Shown here: positions 51,023 through 62,150 of the stretch, one piece after another
Layout of the letters: the number at the start of each line of letters is the position of its first letter
Position numbering within the stretch: position 1 is the stretch's first letter
Source: Octopus sinensis
Taxonomy: Eukaryota
Direction: 5' to 3'
Length of the DNA stretch: 64,000 nt
Assembly (NCBI RefSeq): GCF_006345805.1
Contig: NC_043005.1
Coordinates: 53,258,001-53,322,000 of the forward strand
Translations under genes and position numbers: made by a program
Notes under the pieces: generated by a model
Databases searched by the model: none
Seen by the model: the letters and a program-made list of their open reading frames with translations, nothing else
Told to the model about the DNA's origin: nothing

Positions 51023-51690
51023 CTCAACCTCCCAAGCTAACCTGTCATATCTCTCAACTTTTCTTTCTTCCTTAACGATGGGCATGCAATATCCATAAAT
51101 CCAGCATCGTTTGCATTCTTTCTCAATTAACACTATGACTGGTTTCCTATTCTTTATCTCAGGATCGCACTTAATCATAAAATCCCATAGGATCTTTTTA
51201 TTATCATCTTCGATGTCGGCTTCGGGTTTATGTTCGTAACACTTTTTTGTTCTGCCAAGTCCATATTTGTTGCAAAGTGTCCAATGGACAATTCTTGTTA
51301 TATTGTCATGACGTCTCTTGTATTCTTTCTGGGCTTGTGGCGTACATACTCTGGTAATATGCCATACGGTTTCGCCATTTTGTCTATAAATTCAGCACTT
51401 ATCACTTTATGATGTGTTGTCTATTCTGTATTTGAAGTAATTGGTTCTTAATGCTTGCTCTTAGGTAGCACAGATTAGAGCCTCCGTTTCTGGTTTTAAA
51501 TCACTTTTAGTCATCCATAGCCATCTTATTTCTCTGTCTGTCTTATCTTCAACATCCCTATGAAATTGTCCATGCATTCTTTTCTTTAACCGCCTATTTT
51601 CAGTTTCATTCATTCTCAAAAGCTTTTGCAGTACTTTATCTTTGCAACCTTCCATCCTACAGAATCCTTCTTACTTCCAATAATAGCGGT
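51023..51690 (-). mobile_element. Old R4/Dong-clade C-terminal fragment
   Basis: KRMHGQFHR..WLWMTKSDLKPETEALICA..EYKRRHDN..VHWTLC..EHKPE..KILWDF; several stops. Confidence 0.85.
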
Positions 51691-51769
51691 AGAATGGGAT
51701 TTTTTCCATACCATACTGTGTTGTTTTTTTATGCTTTAATGCTGTGTTTGCATCCAATCAGTCCTCTTC

Positions 51770-51870
<101 letters not shown>

Positions 51871-52100
51871 CGCTCCCTTTATGCAAATTATCTTGGCCAT
51901 AAAGGTATCCTTGTATTATATATATATATATGAACAGTAATATACGAGTGGAGAACGAATGTGTGTATATTTGGCAAAAAAATGAACATCCGGAAATCAC
52001 ACAGTATGTATATATATATGTGTGTGTGTATACACTCACATCTATGCATACACACATATATACATACGTATGTGTGTGTGTTTATATATATATATATATA

Positions 52101-52759
52101 GTCACTACGAGGATATTTAAACCTCTTATGGGGATGGTTTAATCCAAGTTACTCCGGTTTAGTATATTATATTGTTTAGAAAAATCTCTTCAATCTAAAA
52201 GTATTAGTATTAATGTTAAGTAAGAAAATGAAAATGAAGAAATTTAATGGTTGTAAGTTAATTTATTATCATTTTCAATAAATCCTACTATTGTTTCAGT
52301 TCACTCTCCATACAAATTACAAAGATATAGAGTAAAATAAGTTTGCATTTTGAATATATTTTGAGTAGAACGTGTTCAGGGCTAATGGGCATTGAGGAAA
52401 ATGTTGAGCAACTGATATTTTCCAACAGACTCTGCTGGAGAATCACATGTTAGTTTTCCTAATCTCCATTGTTGGACTTGAAGATGTTTTACTCTAAATA
52501 TTCAAAATGCAAACTTATTTTATTCCATCTGTTTGCAATTTGCAGTGACTCTGAATTAAAACAATTGTAGCCCTCATTAAAATGTTAGTAAATTAATTCA
52601 TTTCCATTGAATCTCTTTATTCTCTTACTTAATAATATTTGATATTTAAAATATACCTACTTTTATATTGAAGAGATATTTCTCAACTTATAATATACTA
52701 AACCAGAGTAACTTGGATAAAACCATCCCCATAAGAGGTTTATATATTCTCGTAGTGAC
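52101..52759. mobile_element. ~660-bp fold-back MITE with long TIRs and TA flanks
   Basis: TA|gtcactacga..aacctcttatggggatggttt.atccaagttactc.ggtttagtatatt mirrored at the right end; internal gagtaaaataagtttgcattttgaata (52320-52346) mirrored by tattcaaaatgcaaacttattttattc (52499-52525). Confidence 0.85.
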
Positions 52760-53430
52760 TAATATATATATATACATACGTATGTATATATATGTGTATG
52801 CATAGTTGTGTGCATATACATCTTTTTATATTTCGATATAAATTTTTATTTTACTTTTTAACCTTTCTCTGTTTTACTGACTCTTTCTCCATTTCTGTAC
52901 CTCTTACTCCGAGTAACATTTTATATCTATTTCATATACCTTTATTCCTTGACGCTTCATCTCCTCTTTTAGATTTCCTCTTTGTCAATATTTCATTTGG
53001 GGATTCTATTTTGAAAAAGAGAAAAGGTGTCGTCTGGCTTTATTCTTCCCTTAGATTACATGTTAAATAACGATAACAAACTTTATGTATTTTAACATAA
53101 GAGCCTTTATTTTACGACGTCTCTTGGAAGGTTGTCGATCTATATTCTCTGCTCTCATCATTGATTAATCAGGAATATGAATCTAACCAAATTCCAACTC
53201 ACACGTTAAATAAACGCACACCTTTTACTATTTACAATCCTACTTTTCATCAATCTTTCCTGAAATATGGTCTGCATATTTATCACGGAATTTCTTTTCT
53301 TTTCATTCTCTCTCATACTTTCTTCTACCTTTCCTCTTCACATTTCTTTAGCCATCTGTGTACCAAACCACGTGATCCTATTTTCTCTTCCCTATTGCTT
53401 TCTTAAAATCTATCAAGCTATCTGTCCTTT

Positions 53431-53513
<83 letters not shown>

Positions 53514-53795
53514 ATTAATTAATAAGGGTGAGAGAATTAGATACTAATTTAATAGTATATCTATTCAACACTAAGTGGCCTAGTGCTCCGAGAAACCTGG
53601 ATTATTATAATATTTTATAATATATTATAATATTTTTACAAAGTAAATATAAGAGAGTGGTCACTATATGGCTCACTCTAGCACCAGTTAATCCAAAAGG
53701 TTTCAACCACAAAAATACATGTTTCCCATGAAAGTCAGTACGATTGTTAGCTCACACGGACAGGGCAAATAAAAAATTAACAAAAATACAGATTA

Positions 53796-53877
53796 TTTTG
53801 GGACAATTGTTTCGCTATTAATGAATTAAATGTAATTTTACTTACAAAAAAATCCACTTGTAGCTCGTCAGCCAAAA
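53796..53877 (-). ncRNA. Type I hammerhead ribozyme, copy 1
   Basis: UUUUGG-CUGACGA-GCUA-(43 nt)-UAGC-GAAA-C-AAUU-GUC/CCAAAA: canonical core, 6-bp helix I, 4-bp helix II, palindromic helix III. Confidence 0.85.
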
Positions 53878-54330
53878 CTATCTAGATGAAATCCACTCAA
53901 TCACACGCCAGATTTTACCATAACGATAAATACGCGTGTGGTTCAATTGATTACATCCGACGTTATAATTCAAATGCCCCAACTAACAGCGCGCCAAACT
54001 TTCACGGAAAACAAAGACTGCATTTAGAAATAAATGTTAGCATAATATAATTAATTAATAAGGGGAGAGAATTAGATACTAATTTAATAGTATATCTATT
54101 CAACACCAAGTGGCCTAGTGCTCCGAGAAACCTGGATTATTATAATATTTTATAATATATTATAATATTTTTACAAAGTAAATATAAGAGAGTGGTCACT
54201 ATATGGCTCACTCTAGCACCAGTAATCCAAAAGGTTTCAACACAACAAAAATACATGTTTCCCATGAAAGTCAGTACGATTGTTAGCTCACACGGACAGG
54301 GCAAATAAAAAATAACAAAAATACAGATTA

Positions 54331-54412
54331 TTTTGGGACAATTGTTTCGCTATTAATGAATTAAATGTAATTTTACTTACAAAAAAATCCACTTGTAGCT
54401 CGTCAGCCAAAA
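54331..54412 (-). ncRNA. Type I hammerhead ribozyme, copy 2
   Basis: Same motif as copy 1. Confidence 0.85.
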
Positions 54413-54862
54413 CTATCTGGATGAAATCCACTCAATCACACGCCAGATTTTACCATAACGATAAATACGCGTGTGGTTCAATTGATTACATCCGACGTTA
54501 TAATTCAAATGCCCCAACTAACAGCGCGCCAAACTTTCACGGAAAACAAAGACTGCATTAGAAAAATAAATGTAGCATAATTATAATTAATTAATAAGGG
54601 TGAGAGAATTAGATACTAATTAATAGTATATCTATTCAACACCAAGTGGCCTAGTGCTCCGAGAAACCTGGATTATTATAATATTTTATAATATATTATA
54701 ATATTTTTACAAAGTAAATATAAGAGAGTGGTCACTATATGGCTCACTCTAGCACCAGTTAATCCAAAAGGTTTCAACCAAAAATACATGTTTCCCATGA
54801 AAGTCAGTACGATTGTTAGCTCACACGGACGGGCAAATAAAAAATAACAAAAATACAGATTA

Positions 54863-54944
54863 TTTTGGGACAATTGTTTCGCTATTAATGAATTAAATGT
54901 ATTTTTACTTACAAAAAAATCCACTTGTAGCTCGTCAGCCAAAA
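54863..54944 (-). ncRNA. Type I hammerhead ribozyme, copy 3
   Basis: Same core and helices as copy 1. Confidence 0.85.
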
Positions 54945-55395
54945 CTATCTGGATGAAATCCACTCAATCACACGCAGATTTACCATAACGATAAATACGC
55001 GTGTGGTTCAATGATTACATCCGACGTTATAATTTAAATGCCCCAACTAACAGCGCGCCAAACTTTCACGGAAAACAAAGACTGCATTTAGGAATAAATG
55101 TAGCATAATTATAAGTAATTAATAAGGGTGAGAGAATTAGATACTAATTTGATAGTATATCTATTCAACACCAAGTGGCCTAGTGCTCCGAGAGAAACCT
55201 GGATTATTATAATATTTTATAATATATTATAATATTTTTACAAAATAAATATAAGAGAGTGGTCACTATATGGCTCACTCTAGCACAGTTAATCCAAAAG
55301 GTTTCAACCACAAAAATACATGTTTCCCATGAAAGTCAGTACGATTGTTAGCTCACACGGACAGGGCAAATAAAAAATAACAAAAATACAGATTA

Positions 55396-55477
55396 TTTTG
55401 GGACAATTGTTTCGCTATTAATGAATTAAATGTAATTTTACTTACAAAAAAATCCACTTGTAGCTCGTCAGCCAAAA
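55396..55477 (-). ncRNA. Type I hammerhead ribozyme, copy 4
   Basis: Same motif as copy 1. Confidence 0.85.
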
Positions 55478-55855
55478 CTATCTGGATGAAATCCACTCAA
55501 TCACACGCCAGATTTTACCATAACGATAAATACGCGTGTGGTTCAATTGATTACATCCGACGTTATAATTCAATGCCCCAACTAACAGCGCGCCAAACTT
55601 TCACGGAAAACAAAGACTGCATTTAGAAATAAATGTAGCATAATTATAATTAATTAATAAGGGTGAGAGAATTAGATACTAATTTAATAGTATATCTATT
55701 CAACACCAAGTGGCCTAGTGCTCCGAGAAACCTGGATTATTATAATATTTTATAATATATTATAATATTTTTACAAAGTAAATATAAGAGAGTGGTCACT
55801 ATATGGCTCACTCTAGCACCAGTTAATCCAAAAGGTTTCAACCACAAAAATACAT

Positions 55856-56637
55856 GAAACCGTTCTGCACGCACTCGTTCAGTGTCCAACAATTTCCGAC
55901 CTGTGGGCTTATGTCGAACAACTGCTGTCACGTGTGGGACGAGTCGGTTTATCAGCTGAGTCTATCGTCAATATTGTCACGCCTCCTTCCTTCAAACGGG
56001 AAGGAAGAGCTATTTTCATCATCCTTGTGGCTATGGCGAAAGAATGTATCTGGTGGACGCGTCTGAAAGGATTGGAGACAAACACTTTCCTCTCTGGTCA
56101 ATCTCTCATCAACTTCTTCAAGTACCACTTGAAAGGAAAGTGAGAGTAGAGAGGCAAGTTTTGTCTAGCGAATGTTTTAAAAAAGATGGGTGAATGTAGC
56201 AAGAATGGCACGTATGAATGACGAAGCCACCTTGAGCATAGTCCTATGAACCCAGAAATCGAAAACAGAGAGTTGCTTATTTGCAAAAAAAAAAAAAAAA
56301 AAAAAAAAGAAATATAAAATGTGACTTCATTGACCGAGGTTACCGTGGTCTTTTCCGTAGGCTTTTCTTTCCACGGGTAAACCTCACCTGTCCTCCCCTT
56401 TACACTTCATATTGACATTTCTGTGATAACGATCCCTATTGATCAATTTTGTTTTCCTCTCCCCCTTTTTTTTTTTTTTTTTTAACCCCCCTTTTTTTGT
56501 CCTCTTTCTCTCCTTTTACGATCCCTTTTGATCGAAACTCCCCCTTCCTTTTTTTTTTTTTTAAACCTTCAAAAGAAAAGCTCTACCTTGTAATTTGTTC
56601 TATCTGTGTGCAGCCCTGTGTGGCTAATAAAGAAACA

Positions 56638-56640
<3 letters not shown>
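55856..56640 (+). mobile_element. Second 5'-truncated Tx1/L1-clade copy, nearly identical to 43522-44290
   Basis: Colinear from gaaaccgttctgcacgcactc to ctaataaagaaacat; followed by (TATC)n(TA)n. Confidence 0.92.
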
Positions 56641-56684
<44 letters not shown>

Positions 56685-56686
56685 AT

Positions 56687-56749
<63 letters not shown>

Positions 56750-57504
56750 GCATACGTACTTAAAACAGAGTTCTCACAGAAAATTTGCTTTACAGTGTGG
56801 CATGATATGGTTTTATCAATCCTTTACGTGTGCATGTGTGTTAGTGTGTACAAACATACAAGAAATATAGGTATACATATAGATGTATGCACATAAACAT
56901 ATAAATATATAAGCACGTATATTTGTGCGCGCACTGGTGTGTATGTGTATATATATATACTATATATATATATACACACATACTTACACATATATATGCA
57001 TGTGTGTGAGAGAGAGAGAGCGGGGGATTCAAGGTTAGTCAAATGGAAGTTAGTTAAAACAGCTATTGATTATCTTCTGCTCATCGTGACAGGCAATTAA
57101 CTGTGGGAAGTGAGCAGCTTTCATTAAACTGCTTCAAAATAAAAGGCAAGTTACCACGTATTTATGCTTGCATTTACGTGTGTGCACTTCGCGTGTGTGT
57201 TTGTGTGTGTGTGTGTACGTATGAATGTGTCTGTATGCGTGTGGGATAGGGTATTTGTTTCGTACGTCCGTATGCTTAGTCACTGTTTGTACGTTGTACA
57301 TTTTTATGTTGATATGCAGAAATGTATCTATATACGAATAGTAAAAATACATATATCTCCATACGAACATACGCTCACATGTCTATGTAAGTATGTATGT
57401 ATGTTTTTAACTTTATACTCTATCCGTATTTACGTATTTATTAATGGACAAGTAATTAACTGCACCTTATAAATATCGGTATATTTCTTTGCATGTATGT
57501 ATAG

Positions 57505-57870
57505 GAGATGGTTATAATACAGATGTCATCCATCGTGATTTTAGTAAAGCCTTCGACAGAGTCCAGCACAGAATTCTGCTAAAGAAATTATTCAACATAG
57601 AAGTCTGTGGAAAGCTACTGCAGCGGATTAAATGTTTCCTGCCAAACAGAACGCAACATGTGATCGATGGAATTTACTCACGACCAGTAAAAGTCATTAG
57701 AGCTGTCCCACAGGGTACTGTGCTAGGGCCACTTTTGTTTATTATTTACATAAATGACATTGGTAATGCCATCAAAGATAGTATTATAAAATGCTTGTGA
57801 CTCAAATCTCCAGAAAGTCTTTAAGGAAATATGTGACTAAACAGAATACCAATACGATCTAGACGTTGTT
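57505..57870 (+). mobile_element. CR1/L2-group LINE RT fragment
   Basis: DVI..DFSKAFDRVQH..LLKKL..NRTQHV..AVPQGTVLGPLLFIIYINDI. Confidence 0.85.
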
Positions 57871-57968
57871 AGTTGATGGGTGAAAACAAAACAAGAAAAA
57901 CAAACAAACAAAAAACAAAAAAAAAACAAAAATAAAACATGCTAATAAGTGAGGATGGAAAAAAATAG

Positions 57969-58180
57969 GGCAGTGAGCTGGCAGAAGCGTTAGCACACAG
58001 GGTAAACTGCTTAACGGCATTTCGCTTGTCTACGTTCTGAGTTCAAATTACGCCGAGGTCGACTTTACCTTTTATCCTTTTGGGGTCGATAAAATAAGTA
58101 CCAGTTGAACTCTGGCGTCGATGTAATCAAGTTACCCTTTCCACCTAACATGATGGCCTAGTGCCAAAATTTGAAACCAA
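57969..58180 (+). mobile_element. SINE family B, single unit
   Basis: gagctggcagaagcgttagcac; gagttcaaatt; ggggtcgataaaataagtacc. Confidence 0.8.
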
Positions 58181-58624
58181 TAAGTGAGGAGGGGGGCAAA
58201 ATAGAGAAAGGGTTGCACGTAGCATCAAATAACATCAGAGTCTTGTATATAACTAGATAACAAGCAAAACTAAAGCGTGTTTAACAACTATAAACTTAAT
58301 ACGAACCGTAGAATGTGCTCATGGTTCCTTAGAACATTCCAGTCTAGAGATTCTGATGTTACCAGTATTTTCTTTACTTTTGTAAGGTCACACCTTAAAT
58401 GTTGCTGCCGCAAATGAATTCCGTACGAAAAGCCATACATGAAAATCGAGGTACCACAGATATCGATCACATAAATAAAATAACCTAAAATAAAATAAAT
58501 AAATAAATAAATAAATGGCACGGTGGGCCATGACTTCTGGAATCGCCTCAAAAAGCTCAAACGTTATTTACAGCTGCATTGTCGTTAGCAACAGCTTTGA
58601 TGTAATAGATTTCATCTTCAATTT

Positions 58625-58810
58625 TTACGTTTCAGTCATTTGACTGCGGTCATGCTGGGGCACCGCCTTGAAGGGTTTTAGTCGAACAAATCGACCCCCA
58701 GGACATACTTTATTTTTTAAGCCTGGTACTTATTCTGTCGGTCTCTTTTTGCCGAACTGCTAAGTTACGGGTACGTAAACACACCAACACCGGCTGTCAC
58801 GCGGCGATGA
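58625..58810 (-). mobile_element. SINE family A, 3' half
   Basis: gtttcagtcatttgactgcggtcatgctgg; cttattctgtcggtctctttt. Confidence 0.8.
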
Positions 58811-58961
58811 GGCACAAACACAGATACAAAAGTACTAGTATACACATGGAGACGAACCACACGCAAAGGTAGGAACAAAAATATACACACGTACATCCTT
58901 ACCCCATCATACTTTCCTGTAAACCCCATCTGTCTTCGATTGTTTTTGTATTTGTTTCATA

Positions 58962-59200
58962 TTTCATTACTGCCCACAAGGGGCTAGACATAGAGGGGAC
59001 AAACTAGGACAGACAAAGGGATTACGTCGATAACATCGATTGTAGTGCGGAACTGGTACTTAATTTATCGAGTCCGAAAGGATGAAAAGCTAAGTCGACC
59101 TCGGCGGAATTTGAACTTAGAACGTAAAGAAAGATGAAATACCTATTTCTTTACTACCCACAAGGGGCTAAACACAGAGAGGACAAACAAAGACGAAAGG
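58962..59200 (-). mobile_element. SINE family B, internal-unit fragment spanning more than one unit
   Basis: cccacaaggggcta.acacagag.ggacaaac occurs twice, about 185 bp apart. Confidence 0.75.
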
Positions 59201-59264
59201 CTCTTCTCTTCAGACCCAGAAAATACTTCACCTGTGTTCAATTAATGATAATCAATAAAGCTCA

Positions 59265-59700
59265 GAGGGAGACCCCAATAAACTCTAAGGCCAAGTAGCG
59301 TCGTTTCCTCACTCAGTGAAAAGAGAGCATTCCTTAAGACAACAAGTGACACAAGATTAACCGCATCATCATCATCACCATCATCAAAATCCACATCAGT
59401 AATCCTAGGTTCACCAATGAGCGTTCTACAGCACCATTGAGTTTCCATCCGTCCAAATATCCATTCGATGCAGACATTGAAGAAAGCGGGAGCCAAAACA
59501 TAACACTGATAGATACCAGATTTAACTTGGGGCAAAGACAGATGCTGAACCCCCATACTCCACTGCCACCAATCCGAATTGCCCTCGCTCTTCCAGTATA
59601 CAAAGCTCTCGAGAATTCCTTCCTGGCTCAGTTCTCTCCCGCTGGCATTGACTGATAAAAGTTCAAGAGAAACATTAATGGCATAAATCATACCAGTCTA
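59265..59700 (-). mobile_element. Degenerate RTE-type RT fragment
   Basis: ALYTG..AIRIGG; SG..Q..VLAPAFFNVCIEWI; ITDVDF.D.DDAV..; EETTLLGLRVYW. Confidence 0.7.
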
Positions 59701-60059
59701 GGAGAGCCTGAAAAAGCCATGGATGCTACTACATATTGTAGACCCTGCAAATAGAAAAAAAAAAAGCAGGAAAGAAAAAACAATCACTTATCGCGTATGT
59801 CTGCTCGATCTGTGCTGGCTGAAGCTAAATAATAATATAAACAGGGAGAAAAGAAAGAAAAGAAAAGAAAGAAAATTGGAAATTGAAAGAAAACGAAATG
59901 TATTATGTTATCTTACCGACACCTTTATTTCATTGACCTCCCACACCTGGGAGATAGGAATGGAAAATGAATTGACTTCGAAGATATATTGATCTCAGAT
60001 GCAGGAAAAATCACCAAACATGATATCAAAACGTATGATCATGATGACGAGGATTACTA

Positions 60060-60420
60060 CGATAATGAGGAGAGGTAGGGAGAGGTAGGAGGGACTGGAG
60101 GGCAGGAGGAGAGGAGAAGGTTATGATGACGGTGGTGGTGACGGTGTTGATAGTGGTGGTGGTGGTGGTGAAGATGATGTTGATAATAGTGATGGTGGTG
60201 GTGGTAGTGGAAGTGGAATGATGATAATGGCAAAGGCAAAAATGATGATGACGACGATGCTGACGATGACAATGTCTGTCGTGATGACCATGCTAGGAAT
60301 GGTGTTAATACTGGTATTGCCGTTGCTGATGATGCTGTTGATGTCGATGATGTTGACCACGCTGATACGGGAGTTAAATACCTTTGATGTCCTCATTAAC
60401 CTCAAATCTTCATTTGTAGT
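60060..60420. repeat. Degenerate (GAT/GGT/GGA)n trinucleotide tract
   Basis: Direct reading. Confidence 0.85.
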
Positions 60421-60424
60421 TGCA

Positions 60425-60976
60425 CTCTGATCCACCTTTCAACACAAAGGCAACACTTTCCTCTCCTCTCTCATTTTCCTCTTTGAGGCAGACTTCAAGA
60501 TGATGAAGGATTGGCCACAGGAAAGTGCTCTGTCTCCATCCCTTCAATCTCGTCCACCACACAATCACTTTCACCATGGCCAGAAGGCATATAAAAACTG
60601 CCTATTCTCTCCGGTTGAAAGAAGGTGCTCGGGCAATCTTCACAATGGATTCAACTGATAACCGGACCCGTCCACACGTGGCAGCAGGTGTTCGACATAA
60701 ACCCACTTGACGAGTACGGGCAGGACCGTTTTGTCGCCTTTGAGCATATCTTGGACGTGCTCAGCTGACAGCACCCCCATGCTTGTAGAGTTTATCTTGA
60801 GCCAACAATGTTCCTCGGTAATACTGCCAGGCCAGTGCTTTCTGGAAGTTATCCATCGGGCCTGGGCTGAAAATTTTCCGAAAGAAAACGGCTAGCTGAT
60901 CATCTTTGACGCCCAGGGTCTCCCCACGAACGTCATCGCCTTTATCCGCCACTCTATAGAACGCTGAAGTGTACAT
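60425..60976 (-). mobile_element. Older, diverged Tx1/L1-clade fragment related to the 42927 copy
   Basis: AFYR..GPMDNFQKALAWQYYRGTL..DKLYKHG aligns with AFYRG..GPMDNFQRSLAWQCYREAL..DKLYRHG. Confidence 0.85.
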
Positions 60977-61059
60977 TACATTTTCAATATTTTCCTGTCT
61001 CCAGTAGGCATAAAGCTTGAATATCTTTTTTCGTGTGTGTGTGTGTGTGTGTGTGTGTG

Positions 61060-61231
61060 GGGGGGCTTATCAGTTACATCGACTCCAGTGCTCAATTGGT
61101 ATTTATTTTTATAGACCCTCGAAAGGATAAAAAACAAAGTCGACCTCGGTGGAATTTCAACACAGAACGTAAAATCGGACTGAATGCCGCTAAGCACTTT
61201 GTCCGGCGTGCTAACGATTCCGCCAGCTCGC

Positions 61232-61232
<1 letters not shown>
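61060..61232 (-). mobile_element. SINE family B, single unit
   Basis: gtcgacctcggtggaattt; ctaacgattccgccagctcgc. Confidence 0.8.
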
Positions 61233-61283
<51 letters not shown>

Positions 61284-61565
61284 TGATGATGATGATGATA
61301 CTAACATCACTTAGAGAGCGCAAACCTCCCGCAAGCCAGCAGTAATGTCCTCTCAACGATTAGCCGGAGGTGATTTTTAAAATCAGAATACTAAAAATGA
61401 ACCCCACCGCTCTCAAAAATTAAGTAAAAAAAAAAGAGAAAAATATAATCCAGAATCCTTGTCCGCCACCGGATCGACCCTAAAATCTAATCACTTCGTG
61501 CCAATCACAAGGCCAAACAATCCTGAAAGTTTCATCCGAATTCAGCCAGCAGTTCTTGAGATATC

Positions 61566-62114
61566 GATGCAGTATCAGGCAATGGTTCTCATGGCTTCTG
61601 ATCTTAACTGATTGGAAGTGTTATCATGTACATTGATTTGTCTTGGTATAAAAGATGGGCTACAGCAAATATTCTGCTCAATACCACAGATTTGCTTGTC
61701 AGTTGTTTGACCATAACTAGTTGAGCATGTCCCTTAGTGGCTGATGATATGTGCATCTCTGATCATGAGCAGAAGTAGTGGGGGAGTATCATAGCCATGT
61801 GTTGAGAGGGATTCTTTGGGGTTTGAATAATTCACCTCTGGAAACATGGGTGGTTCTTTCAACATCCTTAAACAACCTTTATTCAAGGACCTTTTGAATG
61901 GGATGGGTTACTCGACCAGAAGAAAATTCTAACTGGGCCCCACCTGCAAGGTCATGTGCTGTTTATCTTGTTATGAGATCACCATGTCGCGCACATATGG
62001 TTGTGATGCATGTGCCTGGTGTACCTTTATCAGACGGGTAGTCATGATGGGTATATTGGGCTTCGTATATTTTACCCCAGTGTCACTTTGATGGCATGAA
62101 CTGTTCTCTCACTC
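61566..62114 (+). mobile_element. ~550-bp non-coding interspersed repeat with (AAT)n tail
   Basis: Colinear with 39738-40292. Confidence 0.85.
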
Positions 62115-62150
62115 AATAATAATAATAATTATAATAATAATAATAATAAT

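Larger units (their letters stand above)
53511..55856 (-). repeat. Head-to-tail tandem array of ~535-bp units (~4.4 copies), each with a hammerhead ribozyme; retrozyme-like / PLE-pLTR satellite
   Basis: The unit marker aataaggg recurs at 53521, 54057, 54593, 55121 and 55656; units differ almost only by 1-nt indels. Confidence 0.95.

Noticed and set aside
53511-55856. CRISPR-like or protein-coding interpretation of the tandem array
   Set aside because: Units are full-length identical with no variable spacers; the ORFs are short by-products; eukaryotic context.
61370-61565. Helitron/Helentron-associated non-autonomous element core (aaaatctaatca..gtttcatc..ttgagatatc)
   Set aside because: Resemblance is from recall only; no termini or second copy in the window to support it.
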